A stretch of DNA of 64,000 bases. Origin: a virus. The position numbers and the translations under genes are program-made. The notes under the pieces were generated by a model. That model had not been told where the DNA came from. It saw only the letters and a program-made list of their open reading frames with translations, and searched no databases. The DNA is taken from the IMG/VR virus record IMGVR_UViG_3300032401_000001, positions 133,793 to 197,792 of that record, one strand, 5' to 3'. The first letter of the stretch is position 1; each line of letters starts with the position of its first letter. Shown one piece after another: positions 62,231 through 64,000 of the stretch.

Positions 62231-63244
62231 ATGCCAAAGTCCAAAGACACGACGTCAACTCCGCAGTCCGCAACTTCACCGCCGATCGACGTGCCAGTCG
62301 CTGAGGTGTCAGCCACACCGGCGCCGGTCGCCGGCAGCAGCGGTGACCAGGCGCTGGTCGTCGCACCGTCCAAGGACGTCTACATGGAAGCGTTCACTGC
62401 GGCGAAGGACACCGCGATGGCGCAGCTGCAGGCGATTGCCGCGAAGTACAGCGGTGCCGAGCAGGAGCAGATCCACTCCCTGCTGCGCTCCGTCAATCCC
62501 ATGAAGGAGGGGTTGGAGGAGATGGCCAAGGGGTTCGTGGTCCCGACCGTGTGGATTCTCCAGGCGGTCTCGAAGCAGCGTCCCGAGGGCTGCCAGAACG
62601 GGGACCTCTACACCTCGTTCGGTTCGAAGGTGGACAAGCCCTTCCGCTTCGTGCCGCTCTACGGGTTCGAGATGAACCGGATGTTCCCGCAGGACGGTAC
62701 GCTCGGCCGCCCGGTGTGCGTCGCGTTCGACGCGAAGCTCGGCACCATGTTCGGGGACTGCATGAAGTGCCAGTACCTGCCGATGGGCAAGAACAACACC
62801 GGGAAGAAGACGGACTGCGACAACGTCCTGACGTACATCGTCCTCGCGCAGAACCTGCGGCTGTACAAGCTCGAGTTCGCCAAGTCGAGTCGCAAGGCCG
62901 GTAGCCGCGTGAACCAGCTGGCCAGCGAGGGCGACGCCATCTGGGACCGCTGGCTGAGCCTGGAGACGTCCGTGCAGCGCTCCGACAAGGGGCCGGACTA
63001 CCACATCTTCGCCGTGTCGTCCGCGAACCAACCGTCGCCCACGCACATCCGCGAATCGGCGGCGGCGCTCTACCAGATGCTCCGCGGCGAGCGTCAGGCG
63101 TTCCTCAAGCAGCACTGGCAGACCACCATGAACCGTGGTCCCCAGGCCTCGGCAGTCGACGAGAACGTCGACATGGCCGGGCTGGGCATCAGCAGCCCGA
63201 GCATCCCGGGCGGTGACAATCCCGACGTGACGAAGGGCTTCTAG
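62231..63244 (+). CDS. Putative ssDNA-binding/annealing protein
   Basis: P...I.Q..S...G.., C..DA..G...G.C..C...C Zn motif; acidic tail ending in F; strong codon bias. Confidence 0.5.
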   Translation: MPKSKDTTSTPQSATSPPIDVPVAEVSATPAPVAGSSGDQALVVAPSKDVYMEAFTAAKDTAMAQLQAIAAKYSGAEQEQIHSLLRSVNPMKEGLEEMAKGFVVPTVWILQAVSKQRPEGCQNGDLYTSFGSKVDKPFRFVPLYGFEMNRMFPQDGTLGRPVCVAFDAKLGTMFGDCMKCQYLPMGKNNTGKKTDCDNVLTYIVLAQNLRLYKLEFAKSSRKAGSRVNQLASEGDAIWDRWLSLETSVQRSDKGPDYHIFAVSSANQPSPTHIRESAAALYQMLRGERQAFLKQHWQTTMNRGPQASAVDENVDMAGLGISSPSIPGGDNPDVTKGF

Positions 63245-63252
63245 CTCCGGAG

Positions 63253-63302
63253 CCGGTGGACGTCGTGCCTTGCTGCTCGCGACTCGGCACGACGTCCACC
63301 GG
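63253..63302. repeat. 17-bp perfect inverted repeat (16-nt loop)
   Basis: CCGGTGGACGTCGTGCC ... GGCACGACGTCCACCGG. Confidence 0.85.
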
Positions 63303-63327
63303 TGTATGTACTCCTGTGGAGGCCGTC

Positions 63328-64000
63328 ATGTCTGTGTCTGCTGCCGCGCGAAAGTTGGCGCCCTGGTCACCGTCGATGCTCGACTTGGCGCTGGACTGTC
63401 CTTTCGCTTTTCGCCAGAAGTACGTCCTGCATGAGAAAGAATTGGTGGCGTCCTCCGAGGCGATGACGGTGGGCTCGGCGGTGCACCACATCCTCGAGTG
63501 GGCATTGCAGGGAAAGGTGAGCGTCGATCGAGCTCTGCAGCAAGCCTTGGACTCCTACGAACTGACGCACGAGATGGCATTGCGGGTGCGTACCTTCCGG
63601 AACGCCGTGAAGGACTTCATCGCCTGGGTGGAGCGTTTCAACCAAGTTCACGGGACTCAGGAGATGTTGTTCGAAGCCGAGATTGCGTTGAAGGACGACT
63701 TCACGCTCACGGGCTACAAGTCGCCTGACGCCCTGGTACGCGGTCGCATCGACCTTCTCATTTACACGCGACACCCCATCGCGGTCATCCTCGACCACAA
63801 GACCGGGCTGCCGTTGCCAGTCGATCGACATGCTCATCAGCTGAAGTTGTACAGCTTGTTCGCGGATGCTCAACGGCCGAACCTCAAGGGTATTCGCACC
63901 GGACTCCACTACCTGAGCAAGGACCCGGACGAACAAGGTAATCGCACCGTCTGGGCACCGGAGTATCCGTTGCCGGTGCTGCGGACACGTATTCGGGAAG
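63328..64000 (+). CDS. Second PD-(D/E)XK nuclease (runs off the window end)
   Basis: WSPS......CP..F..KY, G.AVH..LE, G.IDL, ILDHKTG, QLKLY; SD GGAGG. Confidence 0.85.
   Translation, partial: MSVSAAARKLAPWSPSMLDLALDCPFAFRQKYVLHEKELVASSEAMTVGSAVHHILEWALQGKVSVDRALQQALDSYELTHEMALRVRTFRNAVKDFIAWVERFNQVHGTQEMLFEAEIALKDDFTLTGYKSPDALVRGRIDLLIYTRHPIAVILDHKTGLPLPVDRHAHQLKLYSLFADAQRPNLKGIRTGLHYLSKDPDEQGNRTVWAPEYPLPVLRTRIRE

Noticed and set aside
1-64000. Alternative genetic code or stop-codon readthrough
   Set aside because: Conserved proteins (RNAP, portal, helicase, ligase) are uninterrupted under code 11, and TAG, TGA and TAA all end genes with normal coupling
1-64000. tRNA, rRNA, integrase, att sites, IS elements, introns or inteins
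   Set aside because: None recognisable by eye; the RNAP and helicase show no intein-sized insertions; a tRNAscan/Infernal run would be needed to exclude small RNAs

Overview
The whole window is a segment of a large, high-GC (roughly 65% by eye) tailed-phage genome. I see no host housekeeping genes, tRNA, rRNA, CRISPR array, integrase or reverse transcriptase. Bases 1-50350 and 51469-53721 form a minus-strand virion region. It holds neck proteins, fibre and decoration proteins including three tandem anchor+beta-propeller paralogues, two holin-like genes, the major capsid protein, decoration, scaffold, prohead protease and portal. It also holds a large block of putative internal-head/ejected proteins. 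Embedded among these are a phage multisubunit RNA polymerase (beta fused to the N-half of beta', with the C-half of beta' as a separate gene) and a LigD-phosphoesterase/ATP-ligase/GNAT fusion. Bases 53740-64000 are mostly plus-strand DNA-metabolism and regulatory genes: SNF2 helicase, two PD-(D/E)XK nucleases, ThyX-like, ParB, an SSB-like protein, and a minus-strand sigma factor with a Zn-ribbon insertion. Four cross-cutting patterns stand out. (1) A K-x-[A/S/G] motif saturates the head proteins and flanks enzyme domains. (2) An [FY]xxGxxx[AE]LxxxG[LV]..KxA helix is shared by many cargo proteins; together with (1) it suggests a capsid-targeting and proteolytic-release system. (3) At least nine copies of the palindrome (C/G)TTTAC-N3-GTAAAG occur, all within 100 nt of a start codon. 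(4) A set of -10-only late promoters occurs, some apparently leaderless. Most product calls come from motif recognition by eye and need HMM or structure confirmation.
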